Shown here in pieces: positions 19,016 through 29,037 of a stretch of 64,000 nucleotides of DNA; within the stretch, counting starts at the first letter, position 1; each line of letters opens with the position of its first letter. The translations under genes and the position numbers were made by a program. Under the pieces are notes generated by a model. It worked only from the letters and a program-made list of their open reading frames with translations. It was not told the DNA's origin and made no database searches. Origin of the DNA: Candidatus Spongiisociaceae bacterium (GTDB lineage Bacteria > Actinomycetota > Acidimicrobiia > Spongiisociales > Spongiisociaceae). The stretch spans positions 1,664,001-1,728,000 of the forward strand of contig OZ241841.1 of the NCBI GenBank assembly GCA_965202665.1, written 5' to 3'.

Positions 19016-19764
19016 TATCCCCTTCCCTTTCCCCCGCGGTCCCCCCCGACCCCCGTCCCGCTTTGGAAATGCGGGGGGTGCACACCCACTACGGGCAGGT
19101 GCACATTCTCAAAGACGTCAACCTGGCCGTCCACCCCGGGCAGATCGCCTGCCTGCTGGGGGGCAACGCCTCCGGCAAGACCACCACCCTCAAAACCATT
19201 CTGGGGATGGTGCGTCCCACCGCGGGCGAAGTGCTGGTGGACGGGGAGGCGGTCACCGGCTGGCCCACCGCCCGCATCGTGGAACGGGGCGTGTCCATGG
19301 TCCCGGAAAACCGGCGCCTGTTCAAACGGATGACGGTGCGGGAAAACCTGGAGATAGGGGCCTATTTGCGCTCCGACGACCTTTCCGCCGACTACGACCG
19401 AATTTTCGCAATGTTCCCCCGCCTCAAAGAGCGGCTCGGCCAGAAGGCGGGCACCCTGTCCGGAGGCGAACAGCAGATGGTGGCGGTGAGCCGGGCGTTG
19501 ATGGCCCGCCCCAAGGTGCTGCTGATGGACGAGCCGTCCATGGGCCTGGCCCCGGTGCTGGTGGCGCAAAACTTTGAAATCATCCAGCGTATCAACCAAG
19601 CGGGGGCCACCGTGTTGGTGGTGGAGCAGAACGCCAACATGGCCCTGTCCATCGCCGACTACGGTTTCGTGTTGCAGACCGGCCAGGTGGTGCTGGCCGA
19701 CACCGCCGCTAGCCTGTTGGAAAACCCGGATATGCGCCGCGCCTACCTGGGACAGGCGGAATAG
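19012..19764 (+). CDS. livF: ABC transporter ATP-binding protein
   Basis: GGNASGKT, LSGGEQQM, LLMDEPSMGLAP, VEQNA, AYLG. Confidence 0.92.
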   Translation: MISPSLSPAVPPDPRPALEMRGVHTHYGQVHILKDVNLAVHPGQIACLLGGNASGKTTTLKTILGMVRPTAGEVLVDGEAVTGWPTARIVERGVSMVPENRRLFKRMTVRENLEIGAYLRSDDLSADYDRIFAMFPRLKERLGQKAGTLSGGEQQMVAVSRALMARPKVLLMDEPSMGLAPVLVAQNFEIIQRINQAGATVLVVEQNANMALSIADYGFVLQTGQVVLADTAASLLENPDMRRAYLGQAE

Positions 19765-19795
19765 GGCGCCCGCCTAAAGTGAAGGAGTCCCTGCG

Positions 19796-22345
19796 ATGAG
19801 ATTTTCTCCCCGGTTGCGCCGGGCGACGGGGACGGCCCTGTCCCTTATGTTGGCGGCCGCCGCTTGCGGGAGCGACCCCGCCCCGGTCGTCACCGAAGCG
19901 CCCGCCGCCCCTTCCACCACCGCCCCCGCCCCTTCTACCACCGCCGCGGTCGAGCCGTCCGAGCCGTCCGAGCCGGAGCCCGCCGCCGGTCCGCTGGGGA
20001 CGGTGGAGGTGGGGCCGGGCGAATCCATCCACATCCGTTCCTTGGAGGACCTGAGCGGGGTGGGGATGAGCCGGGGGGTTCAAAACCGCAACGGAGTCGC
20101 CTTGGCGGTAGCCCACTACGGGCCGATTATGGGACGGACGGTGCAGTTGGGGGAGCCGTTGGATGAAATGTGCACCCCGGAAGGGGGCCGGGCGGCCGCG
20201 CAACGGATCGCCGCCGACCGGCGGGTGGCGGGGGTGATCGGCACCACCTGCTCGGCGGCCGCCACCGGTGCTTCGCCGGTGCTTTCCGAAGCGGGAATGG
20301 CGATGATCTCGGCGGTCAACACCTCCCCCTATATGACATCGGATTTGGAGGGAACGCCGGGGGAGCACTGGCATGAAGGCTATTACCGGGTGTCGCACAA
20401 CGACCTGTATCAGAGTTTCGCGGCGGCCGACTTCATAATCGGCGCCTTGGGGTTGGAACGGGCGGCCGCCGTTCACGACGGCGACCCCTACACCGAAGGC
20501 CTGGCTTCCGCCTTCGTCGATTCGTTCATCGCCCGGGGAGGCGAGATAACCTCCTTCAGACACGCCAATCGGGGGGATGAGGATCTGGTTCCCCTTTTGA
20601 CCGCCGTCGCCGAAGGCTCCCCGGAGGTCCTGTTTATGGCCTTGTGGCCGCCGGAGGCCATGCACATCGCCCGTCAGATGGACCAGGTTCCCGGTTTGGA
20701 GAACACGGTGGTCGTCGGAAACTACGAACTCCGCCTCAACGACGACCTGTTGAGCATGCCCGAAACCGAAGGAATGTATTTCTCCGGCCCCGACCTGCGC
20801 CTGGGGGCCAACCGCAACAGCCTCACCGGCAAGTCGGTGGGGGAGTTGCTGGCCGACTACCAAGCGGAATTCGGCCCTTCCCCGGACCCGCCGACCTGGT
20901 TGTTCGCCTACGACGCCGCCGTCATGTTGCTGGCCGCCATCGAAGCGGCGGCGGAGGAACGGGACGGGACGTTGCGCATCGACCGGGCGGCGGTGCGGGA
21001 GGCTTTGGACGCCGCCCGCTTCAACGGGGCGGTGGGGGAAATCCACTGTGAAGAATTCGGGGACTGCGGAACCGAACTGTTCGACGTCATTCACCACACC
21101 GACTCCTCCGATTTGGCGGCCAGCCGGGAAAATGTGGTGTTCGCCTACGACCCGTTCCATGAGACCCCCGGCCGGATGGTTCCGGGATCGTACGGGACGG
21201 TGGAGGTTCCCGCGGACGGCCCCATCGAAATCAGGGCCATGATGTCCGTCAGCGGCGACCTGGCTTTTCTGGGGATCCCCAACTACCGGATCGCCCAACT
21301 GGCGGTGGAGGATTACGGGCCCATCCAGGGACACCGGGTCAACCTGGGGCAAGTTTTGGACAGCATGTGCGCCGCCGATCCGGCTGCGGTTGCGGCCGCG
21401 GAGGCGGCGTCCGACCCGCAGGTGGTGGGGATTTTGGGCACCTCCTGTTCGGTTGCGGCAAGGGCCGCCCTGCCCGCCCTTTCCGAAGCGGGCCTGGCGA
21501 TGGTTTCCTCCGGCAACACCTTCCCGGAACTCACCTCCGACCTGGCGGGCACGCCGGGGGCGGATTGGCGCCGCGGCTATTACCGGGTGGCGCACAACGA
21601 CCTGCATCAGGGTTTGGCGGTGGCCCAATTCGTCAGCCGCCAACTGGGTTTCAGCACCGCGGCGGCCATCCACGAAGGCGACGCCTATTCGCGGGGTTTG
21701 TCGGACGCCTTCGCCGAGGCTTTCACCGGATTCGGGGGGGAAATGACCGGGTTCGCTTTGGCCGAAGGGGACCCGGCCGAGGCTGGCCTGGTGCTGGAAG
21801 AGTTGGCCGCCGCCTCCCCGCAGGCCCTGTTTTTCCCGTTTTACCCGCCCCGGGGGGAGGCCTTCCTGCAACAGGCGGAGGGGATGGCCGGCCTGGAGGA
21901 AACCGTTTTCATAGGCTACGGCTCCGGGGTGGGGATAGTTTTCGACATACCGGAGGGGCGTACGCTGTACCTGTCCATCACCGAACAGCGTTTCGGGGAC
22001 AACCGCAACGCCATCACCGGCCGCTCGGCCGACGAAATTATGACCATCTACCTGAACATGTATGGCGAACACCCGGGCGACGCCTTCTGGGCGCACGCCT
22101 ACGACGCGGCGGTGATGCTCCTGCACGCCATAGACGCGGTGGCGGTCAAGCAGGGGGAGACCTTGTTTATAAACCGGGTGGGGTTGCGGGCCGCTTTGGA
22201 CGCCACAAATTTCCAGGGGATAACCGGACGGTTGTCCTGCGACGCCTACGGGGACTGCGCCGACCCCGGCATCATCCTGGTGGACGCCAAACTGTCCGCC
22301 TCCCCCGCCGTGTTTGAAAACATACTCTTTTCCTACCAACCCTGA
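19796..22345 (+). CDS. Second tandem-domain LivJ/K-like substrate-binding lipoprotein
   Basis: SD AAGGAG, lipobox LAAAAC. Two diverged domains, each with GTxCS, NTSP/NTFP and YYRVxHND motifs; paralog of 12669-15227. Confidence 0.88.
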   Translation: MRFSPRLRRATGTALSLMLAAAACGSDPAPVVTEAPAAPSTTAPAPSTTAAVEPSEPSEPEPAAGPLGTVEVGPGESIHIRSLEDLSGVGMSRGVQNRNGVALAVAHYGPIMGRTVQLGEPLDEMCTPEGGRAAAQRIAADRRVAGVIGTTCSAAATGASPVLSEAGMAMISAVNTSPYMTSDLEGTPGEHWHEGYYRVSHNDLYQSFAAADFIIGALGLERAAAVHDGDPYTEGLASAFVDSFIARGGEITSFRHANRGDEDLVPLLTAVAEGSPEVLFMALWPPEAMHIARQMDQVPGLENTVVVGNYELRLNDDLLSMPETEGMYFSGPDLRLGANRNSLTGKSVGELLADYQAEFGPSPDPPTWLFAYDAAVMLLAAIEAAAEERDGTLRIDRAAVREALDAARFNGAVGEIHCEEFGDCGTELFDVIHHTDSSDLAASRENVVFAYDPFHETPGRMVPGSYGTVEVPADGPIEIRAMMSVSGDLAFLGIPNYRIAQLAVEDYGPIQGHRVNLGQVLDSMCAADPAAVAAAEAASDPQVVGILGTSCSVAARAALPALSEAGLAMVSSGNTFPELTSDLAGTPGADWRRGYYRVAHNDLHQGLAVAQFVSRQLGFSTAAAIHEGDAYSRGLSDAFAEAFTGFGGEMTGFALAEGDPAEAGLVLEELAAASPQALFFPFYPPRGEAFLQQAEGMAGLEETVFIGYGSGVGIVFDIPEGRTLYLSITEQRFGDNRNAITGRSADEIMTIYLNMYGEHPGDAFWAHAYDAAVMLLHAIDAVAVKQGETLFINRVGLRAALDATNFQGITGRLSCDAYGDCADPGIILVDAKLSASPAVFENILFSYQP

Positions 22346-22432
22346 GCCCCCCGGCGCCCGGCCTCCCCGCCCGCCGCCCGCCGCCGAATTTTTTACATTC
22401 GACCCACAGCGGATAGCCTTCCGAGTCCCCGC

Positions 22433-23240
22433 TCAGTCGGCAAACTTGGCAGGGGTTTGGGGGTGGGGGGTGGGCATCAGGCGATGGCGGGGCGGTTCCG
22501 ATGTGGTTGTGCGCTCCGGCCGTTGTCGGGGGGCCGATGACGGCGGCTGGAATCGTCCGGGGTGGGCTGGTATCCGTCGGGCATCGTTCTGCTCTTGGTA
22601 GGTGCCTGACATTTGGCGGGGGAGCCAGCGGAGTGTCCGGGTTCGGATGTCGCCTTCTGTGGGCAGTTGGGCGAGGGCGGTGCGTAGTCGGGGCGGTGTC
22701 ATCCCGGCCCGTTCGCAGAGGGCTTGCGTGACGGTGCGTCCCGTTTTTCTTATGGCTTCGTAGTTGAGGTTGCCGTCGAAGTCGCTCCATGAGGCTGCGG
22801 CGTAGCAGACTGCGGTTATCCGGTATGGCTGGGGCTGGTTCGTCCAGGGCATCCAGGCTTTTCCGTGTTCGGCCAGCTGGGCGACGTCGGGCCGGTGGCG
22901 GAAGCGTATCGGACGGCCGGGTGATCTGCTGATTTGGAAGACTTCGTAGGTTTCGAGGTCGGCGACGGCCCGTTTGGCGGTGGCGACCGAGCAGGCCATT
23001 GCGGGGGCAAGGTCGGATAGGCGAATGATCGCATAGTGAGCGCAGGTCAGTCCGGTGGGATGGTTGCGCGGGGCGATGGTCGTGTAGGCGGCGGGCGACT
23101 TGGGCGGCGGCGGCTCGTGCGGCGGGTGACAGTCCGTGGGGTAGGAGGCGGTGCGGGAAAGGCCAGCGGAGTACCGTCTGCCTGCGAAGTTCGCCGTTGG
23201 GAGGGTGTCCGGCGGGAACGGACTTGGGGGTTGGGCGCAT
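22433..23240 (-). pseudogene. Probable frameshifted winged-HTH (replication-protein-like) gene remnant
   Basis: The frame from ATG 23240 gives GLSPAARAAAAQVARRL. A second frame continues IRLSDLAPAMACSVATAKRAVADLE (HTH-like) to the stop at 22433. The switch is near 23030. Confidence 0.4.
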
Positions 23241-23439
23241 GATTCTTTTTCGCCTGCCCGTTCAGGTCAAACCGCGGGCGGCCTCCTTTCAGCGTCGGAT
23301 GCGTCGCCGGTCGCTGCTCCGAAGTTCGAGGGGATGGTCAGATCTCGGTCGGCGGCCAGCCGTTGGGGGATGGGGTTTCTCCGGACGCGGTTGAGACTGG
23401 GGGGCGGTCGCCGCGGATACCGTAAAAGTGCCCTTTACC

Positions 23440-24854
23440 GGCTCTTCGCGTTTGAGGGGGGAGTTGGGGGTTAGGGGGGTTGCGCTGGTTTTGGGGTGGG
23501 GTCCTCCATAATCGGGGTTGTAAACATATTCCCGAGGGTTAGGAGGAACCCTGTGGTGGCTGATTGTAGGCGGGTGAGTAGGGTTTTGGCGGGGGTTGGT
23601 GGGTGTTGAGGTGGTGGGGGCGGAGGAGACGTCCGGGGGGCTGGTGGTGGGGGTGCGGTTGGTGGGGAGGCCGCGGTGCGGGTGGTGTGGGGGCGGGGTG
23701 TTGAGTAAGGGTTTGAGGAGGGCGCGGTTGGTGGATCAGGCCTGTTTCGGCCGGGCGGTGATTTTGGAGTGGTCCAAACGCCGGTGGCGGTGTCCTGATG
23801 CGGGGTGCGGGGTGGGGTCGTTTACGGAGCAGGACCCACGGGTAGCCCCGCCGCGGGCCCGGTTGACTTCTCGGGCGGGTCGGTGGGCGACGCAGCAGGT
23901 AGGCCGGGGGCGGACGGTGTCGGGGGTGGCGGAGGAGCTGGGTTGCTCGTGGCATACGGTGTCCAAGGAGGTGAACCGGTGGGGGGAGGCCCTGCTGGAA
24001 GCCGACCAGGATAGGGTGGGGATAGTGGAGGCTTTAGGGTTGGACGAGACCCTGTTTCTCCGTCAGGGCCCTTGGCGGCGGAGGATGTGGATAACCGCGG
24101 CGGTGGACATCCGCAACCGTCGGCTGATCGACGTTTTCTCAGGAATAAGACGCCAAAGGAGCCGTCCGCTGGCTGCTGGACCAGCCGGCCTGGTGGCGGG
24201 AGAAAATACGATGGGCCCTCCTCGATCTGTCCGGAGCTTACCGGGCCGCCTACCAGCGGGCGTTGCCCAACGCCGTTCAGATCGCCGACCCGTTCCACGT
24301 CGTCCGGCTGGCCAACCTGTGCCTGGACCGGGTGCGCCGCCGCGTGCAAGAAGAAACCCTGGGACACCGCGGACGGAAAGGCGACGACCTGTACCGGATA
24401 CGCAAACTCCTCACCCTCGCCCGCGAACGGCTCGACCCCCGCAGCGAGCAAAAACTGACCGGCCTCCTCCAAGCAGGCGACCCCCGCGGGGAAGTACGCG
24501 ACGCTTGGCACGCTAAAGAAACCGTACGGGGAATCTACCAAACCCACCATCCAGGCGAAGGCGACGAATACAACCGTCTGCTCGCCGCAGAACTCCAAGA
24601 CCAATCCTGCTCCCCCGAACTCAACCAACTCGGACGCACCCTCCACACCTGGCACTCCCAAATCGTGGCCTGGCATCACGCCCAAGTGAGCAACGGACCC
24701 ACCGAATCAGCCAACAACCTCATCAAACGCGTCAAACGCGTAGCCTTCGGATTCCGCAACTTCCGCAACTACCGAACCCGCATCCTCCTCTACGCAGGAA
24801 AACCCAACTGGAACCTACTCCCCAACCTCACTCCCCCCTAAAATCCGAAGAGCC
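23440..24854 (+). mobile_element. ISL3-family insertion sequence (1415 bp)
   Basis: Imperfect terminal IRs: GGCTCTTCGcgtttgAGGGGG (23440-) and GGCTCTTCGgattttAGGGGG (reverse complement ending 24854). Flanks CCTTTACC (23432-39) and ACTTTACC (24855-62) form a 7/8 target duplication. Encodes an ISL3 transposase. Confidence 0.92.
23553..24841 (+). pseudogene. ISL3 transposase with two apparent +1 frameshifts
   Basis: SD AGGAGG then GTG at 23553. Motifs CGWCG...KRRWRC (Zn finger), LGLDE, DLSGAY, ADPFHVV, SNGPTESANNLIKRVKRVAFGFRN. The frame breaks in a G run at ~23591-95 and again at ~24145. Confidence 0.85.
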
Positions 24855-24952
24855 ACTTTACCTGGGGGCGACGAGCGGAGGGCGGCCTCCGGGTTGAATT
24901 CCCCCGATGGTTTTTAGGTTGACGGGCGGGGAGCGTAGAATGGGGGAGTCAG

Positions 24953-25025
24953 GCCGGGTTAGCTCAGTCGGCAGAGCGCTTCTCTTGTAAAGAAGATGTC
25001 ATCGGTTCGATTCCGGTACCCGGCT
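24953..25025 (+). tRNA. tRNA-Thr (anticodon UGU)
   Basis: Acceptor stem GCCGGGT/ACCCGGC, D-arm TAGCTCAGTCGGCAGAGC, anticodon arm CTTCT-CTTGTAA-AGAAG, T-loop GGTTCGATTCC. Confidence 0.96.
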
Positions 25026-25075
25026 CCCGTTGCTTGCCGCCGTTTTCAGGGGTTGGCCGGTTAGCCTGACGGGAT

Positions 25076-25648
25076 ATGCCAGGCAGGCACGCCTCCGACG
25101 ACCGTTCCCGGTTCCGCCGCGACCTGTTTCGAATGTCGCTGCTGTTGCTGTTGGCGGTGGCGGTGATCGCCGGGGCCGCGGTGGGGGTGCAGTTCTTTTT
25201 AGGCGGCGACGACGCCCCGCCCCCCACTGAAGCCCCTTCCACCACCACGACCACCACCACCCTGCCCCCCACGACCACCACCACTTCCACGACCACCACC
25301 ACCATCGTCACCACTACGACCACCACCACCCTGCCCCCCACGACCACCACCACCCTCCCGCCGCTTCGGGAGCCGGCGGAGCTGACCGTTTTGGTGTTGA
25401 ACTCCACCGGCCGCACCGGGCTGGCGGGTCGCACCACGCAACGGATCGCCGACGAAGGGTATCAGACTTTGCCCGCCGACAACTTCTCGCCCACGTTGGA
25501 CACTTCCGTGATTCGCTACACGGCGGGACTGGAACGGGAAGCGGAGGTTCTGGCGGCGCAGATACCGGACGCCAACCTGGAACTTTCCGAAGAGGAAGAC
25601 CCGGCCGCCGACTTGGTGGTGGTGCTGGGGCTGAGTTTCGAAGAGTGA
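25076..25648 (+). CDS. Membrane-anchored LytR C-terminal domain protein with Thr-rich linker
   Basis: TM helix, poly-Thr linker, VLVLNSTGRTGLAGR and terminal DLVVVLG, typical of LytR_C. Confidence 0.85.
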   Translation: MPGRHASDDRSRFRRDLFRMSLLLLLAVAVIAGAAVGVQFFLGGDDAPPPTEAPSTTTTTTTLPPTTTTTSTTTTTIVTTTTTTTLPPTTTTTLPPLREPAELTVLVLNSTGRTGLAGRTTQRIADEGYQTLPADNFSPTLDTSVIRYTAGLEREAEVLAAQIPDANLELSEEEDPAADLVVVLGLSFEE

Positions 25649-25670
25649 CGGGCCGCCGGGCCGGTGGATA

Positions 25671-26606
25671 ATGTCCGACTGGACGGGTTCGCTGGACGAC
25701 GGCGGCGGTCGGATTTCGGCCCCGCTGGCCTTGTGGGCGGCGGCTGGCCTGGCGGCGGTGGTGCTGGCCGCCCTTGTGGTGCGCGACCTGCTGTTGGACG
25801 CTTTCCTGCTGGACGTGGTTTCGTGGTGGCCGGCGTGGGCGGCGGCGGGGGGCCTGTGGTGGATGGGACGGCGGCGGGCCTCCGGGTGGCCTTCCCGTGC
25901 GGTGACGGCCGCCCCTCTGCTGGTCCTGGCCGGCTTGGCCCTGGTCGCGGCCTTGCATCTGGCCGGATGGAGCGCCCTCCCTTCTTCGGCGGCGGACGTG
26001 GCCGGCCCCTCCCCGGAGCCGTTCGGGGCCCCGGTCGGCCGGGCGGTGATCAGCGCGGTCGCCTCGGGCGAGTTGCGGCTCGGCTCGGGAACGGACGGGT
26101 TTTACCGGGCCCGTCTTCTGCGTCGGGGCGGTTCGGTCGGCCCCCCCGCCGTGTCTTCTTCAACGGCGGACGGGGTGATCCGGCTGGAAGTGAGGGAACG
26201 GGACGACCCCGGATGGTTCCGCTCCTCCGGCTGGGAGGTGGCCGTTTCCCCCGACACGGCCTGGGGGGTGGAGGCGGCGGCGGAGGTGGTGGAAGGCGAC
26301 CTGTCCGGGGTGAGGCTGTCCGCCCTTTCCCTGTCGGGGAACGGACGGTTGCGGGTGGGGGAGCCGGTCGGGCGGGTGCCGGTGCGGGTGGACGGGGAGA
26401 TGGTTCTGGAGGTGCCTTTCCGGGCCTCGGTGGAAGTGATCGGGCGGGCGGAGGTGGGACCCGGATGGGAGTTCACCGCCGACGGGCGCCGTTTCCTGGG
26501 GGACGGCCCCGGCTCTTATGTCATAGTGGCGGGCGACAATGCCCGTCTAATGGTGCGACAATGGGAACCGGAGCCGGCATCGGATACGGCTGCGGAGACG
26601 AGGTGA
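25671..26606 (+). CDS. Hypothetical membrane protein (N-terminal TM helices, beta-rich extracellular domain)
   Basis: Three hydrophobic segments followed by beta-strand-rich sequence; co-oriented and closely spaced in an operon. Confidence 0.65.
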   Translation: MSDWTGSLDDGGGRISAPLALWAAAGLAAVVLAALVVRDLLLDAFLLDVVSWWPAWAAAGGLWWMGRRRASGWPSRAVTAAPLLVLAGLALVAALHLAGWSALPSSAADVAGPSPEPFGAPVGRAVISAVASGELRLGSGTDGFYRARLLRRGGSVGPPAVSSSTADGVIRLEVRERDDPGWFRSSGWEVAVSPDTAWGVEAAAEVVEGDLSGVRLSALSLSGNGRLRVGEPVGRVPVRVDGEMVLEVPFRASVEVIGRAEVGPGWEFTADGRRFLGDGPGSYVIVAGDNARLMVRQWEPEPASDTAAETR

Positions 26607-26609
26607 ACA

Positions 26610-27899
26610 ATGCCGCCTGAAGACAACACGGAAAGCGCCCTCTACGAGCGGTTGCGCCGCATGGGGGTGGGGTCGTGGAGCATCATCGGCCTGCTGGGGC
26701 TGGTGGCCATTTTGGTGTGGGCCGCCATCCGGTTGCGCATCATCTGGCCGCCCCTCATCTTCGCCGTCATCATCATCTACCTGCTGAAGCCGCTGGTGGA
26801 CTTGCTGGGCCGCATCAAAATCCCCCGCGTGGTGGGGGCCTTCATCGCCTACCTGGTGTTCGGGGGGTTGGCCCTGTTCCTAGTCGGTTTGGCGGTGCCC
26901 CTCATCGGCGACCAGTGGGCCGACCTGGTGGACCGCCTGCCGGAGGCGGTGGACAGCATCAACAACTACATCACCAACGCGCTGTCCTTTTTCAACATCA
27001 ACGTCAACTTCCAGGGGCTGGATTCGCTGGTGGACCGGGCCCGGGAGTGGCTTTCCGACCCGGCCAACCGGGATGTGATCCTGAACAGCCTGGGCTGGGT
27101 GTGGAATTTCGCCCGGGGGGTGATCCACGTGGTGGCGGTGGCGGTGCTGGCCCCGGTGCTGGCTTTTTACATTCTGGTGGACGCCCCCAACCTGCGCCGG
27201 GCCTCCCACCGCATGCTCCCCGCCGCCCACCGGGAGGAAATGCTTTACCTGTTCGGGCAGATCGGACGCACCGTGGGGGGGTTCATCCGGGGGCAGTTGT
27301 TCGTGGCCCTCATCGTGGGGGTGTTTTCCAGCATCACCCTGTGGGCGCTGAACCTTCCTTTCTGGCTGATTGTGGGGATGATGGCCGGGCTGTTGAACAT
27401 CATTCCTTTCATCGGGCCGTGGGTGGGCGGGGTGCTGGGGGTGTCCACCGCGCTGATAGTGGGGGAGCCGGTGAAAGCCCTGTGGGTGGGGCTGGCCTTC
27501 GTGCTCATTCAGCAGGTGGACAACCATCTGATCAGCCCGCTGGTGCTGCGGGTGGCGGTGCATTTGAGTCCGGCCACCATCGTGCTGTCGCTGCTGGCCG
27601 GGGGGTCGCTGGGCGGGGTGTTCGGGGTGCTGATAGCGGTTCCTTTCACCGGGGTGCTGAAAGTGCTGGCCGGCCATCTGTGGCGCACCCGGGGGTTGGG
27701 GGAGCCGTGGGACAGGGCGTTGGCGGGGATAGTGGTGGAACGGGAACCGGAGCCGATCAAACAAAAAGTGCGCCGGGTGTCGGACCGCCTGTCCGGGGAC
27801 GGCTCTTCCAGGGACGGCTCCAGCCCGGTTTCCGATGCGGCGGAAGACGGGGGCGCGGACGACGGCCCGGCGGCGGAGGAACCCAAATCCGAGAGGTAG
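26610..27899 (+). CDS. AI-2E family transporter
   Basis: YLLKPLV, GGFIRGQ, NIIPFIGP, IQQVDNHLISP and GVLIAVP motifs. Confidence 0.9.
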   Translation: MPPEDNTESALYERLRRMGVGSWSIIGLLGLVAILVWAAIRLRIIWPPLIFAVIIIYLLKPLVDLLGRIKIPRVVGAFIAYLVFGGLALFLVGLAVPLIGDQWADLVDRLPEAVDSINNYITNALSFFNINVNFQGLDSLVDRAREWLSDPANRDVILNSLGWVWNFARGVIHVVAVAVLAPVLAFYILVDAPNLRRASHRMLPAAHREEMLYLFGQIGRTVGGFIRGQLFVALIVGVFSSITLWALNLPFWLIVGMMAGLLNIIPFIGPWVGGVLGVSTALIVGEPVKALWVGLAFVLIQQVDNHLISPLVLRVAVHLSPATIVLSLLAGGSLGGVFGVLIAVPFTGVLKVLAGHLWRTRGLGEPWDRALAGIVVEREPEPIKQKVRRVSDRLSGDGSSRDGSSPVSDAAEDGGADDGPAAEEPKSER

Positions 27900-27914
27900 C
27901 GGGGCGCATCGGCC

Positions 27915-28880
27915 GTGATCGTTGATTTGGCTTTGGCCGGTTTGGGGGCGCTGGCCTTGTATCGGGGCTACCGCCGGGGTTTTCTGCGGGGGGCGGCGGT
28001 TTTGGTGGCGGCGGTAGCGGGGGCGTTTCTGGCGTTCCGCATCAGCGGCCCCGGAGGGGAGTTGGTTCGTTCTTGGACCAACGTCAGCCCGTTGGCGGCC
28101 TCGGCCGCGGCGGGTATAGCGGTTTTCGCGGCGGCGTTGGCGGCGGGGGCTTTCCTGTCGGCCTGGTTGGTGAAGTTCCTGGGGCCGTTGCGTTTGTTGG
28201 ACCGGGTGGCGGGGATGGCGGTGGCCCTGGTTTTGTTTTTGGTGATGTCGGCGTTGTTTCTGCTGTCGGCCACCGCCCTGTCGGTTAATCCGACTTTGGA
28301 CCGCATGCTGGCCGATTCTTCCGCCGCCCGGTTGGTGACCGAGCAGGGGGCGCGGGTCAAATCGTGGGTGAGCGGGCTGGCGGGCGACCGGGTTTTGGAG
28401 TCGCTGGTGAACCTGCGGCGGTTGCTGGGAACGGAGTCGGTGGTGTTGGAAGGGTCGGCGGTGCGGGAGCTCCCGGCGGCGGCGGAGGACGATTTGGCGG
28501 CGGACGCGGAGGCGGCCCGGGAGTTGTTCGACTTGGCCAACCTGGCCCGGGTGGAGGCGGGGGCGAGCCCTCTGGCCTGGTCGCCCGTCTTGGCGGAGGC
28601 GGCCTCCGCCCACGGGCGGGAAATGTACCGGGAAGGGTTTTTTTCCCACGTCTCGCCGCAGTCGGGTTCGGCGGCGGAGCGGGTGGCCGGAGCGGGGATT
28701 CCGTTCGTGGTGGTGGGGGAAAATCTGGCTTTGGCCCCCACCGTGGCGGTGGTTCACCAGGGCTTGCTGGAGTCGCCGTCCCATCGGGAGACGATGCTGG
28801 ACGCCCGGTTCGTGCGGGCGGGGGTGGCGGTTTGGGAGGGCCCGCTGGGCCTGATGACCGTACAAGTTTTCACCGGATGA
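27915..28880 (+). CDS. CvpA (colicin V production) family membrane domain fused to a CAP/SCP domain
   Basis: N-terminal D...GYRRGF and LDRVAG; C-terminal LANLAR...AHGREM...FFSH...GENLA...SPSHRETML. Confidence 0.85.
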   Translation: MIVDLALAGLGALALYRGYRRGFLRGAAVLVAAVAGAFLAFRISGPGGELVRSWTNVSPLAASAAAGIAVFAAALAAGAFLSAWLVKFLGPLRLLDRVAGMAVALVLFLVMSALFLLSATALSVNPTLDRMLADSSAARLVTEQGARVKSWVSGLAGDRVLESLVNLRRLLGTESVVLEGSAVRELPAAAEDDLAADAEAARELFDLANLARVEAGASPLAWSPVLAEAASAHGREMYREGFFSHVSPQSGSAAERVAGAGIPFVVVGENLALAPTVAVVHQGLLESPSHRETMLDARFVRAGVAVWEGPLGLMTVQVFTG

Positions 28881-29037
28881 TCCGTTTCCCCAAACCCCGC
28901 TCCGGCCCGGCGTTTTCCCCGCCGCCGCCCCACCGCCCCCGCAACGGCATTAGCGTAAAGGCGGAGGCCAGGTCGTCCGCTAGAGCAGGATCTGTTTGCA
29001 GGGGCTTGGCCGGGCCGGGTTTGCCGGAGGTGTGAGG

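Noticed and set aside
24100-24270. Programmed frameshift in the transposase
   Set aside because: ISL3 transposases are single-ORF, no slippery A-run is present, and a second break exists near 23593. Decay or sequencing error is more likely.
24919-24941. TTGACG/TAGAAT promoter for tRNA-Thr
   Set aside because: The spacer is only 11 bp. The -10 may be real, but the pair is not a canonical promoter.
25241-25355. ACC-rich microsatellite as a contingency locus
   Set aside because: It encodes an ordinary in-frame Thr/Pro linker of an exported actinobacterial protein.
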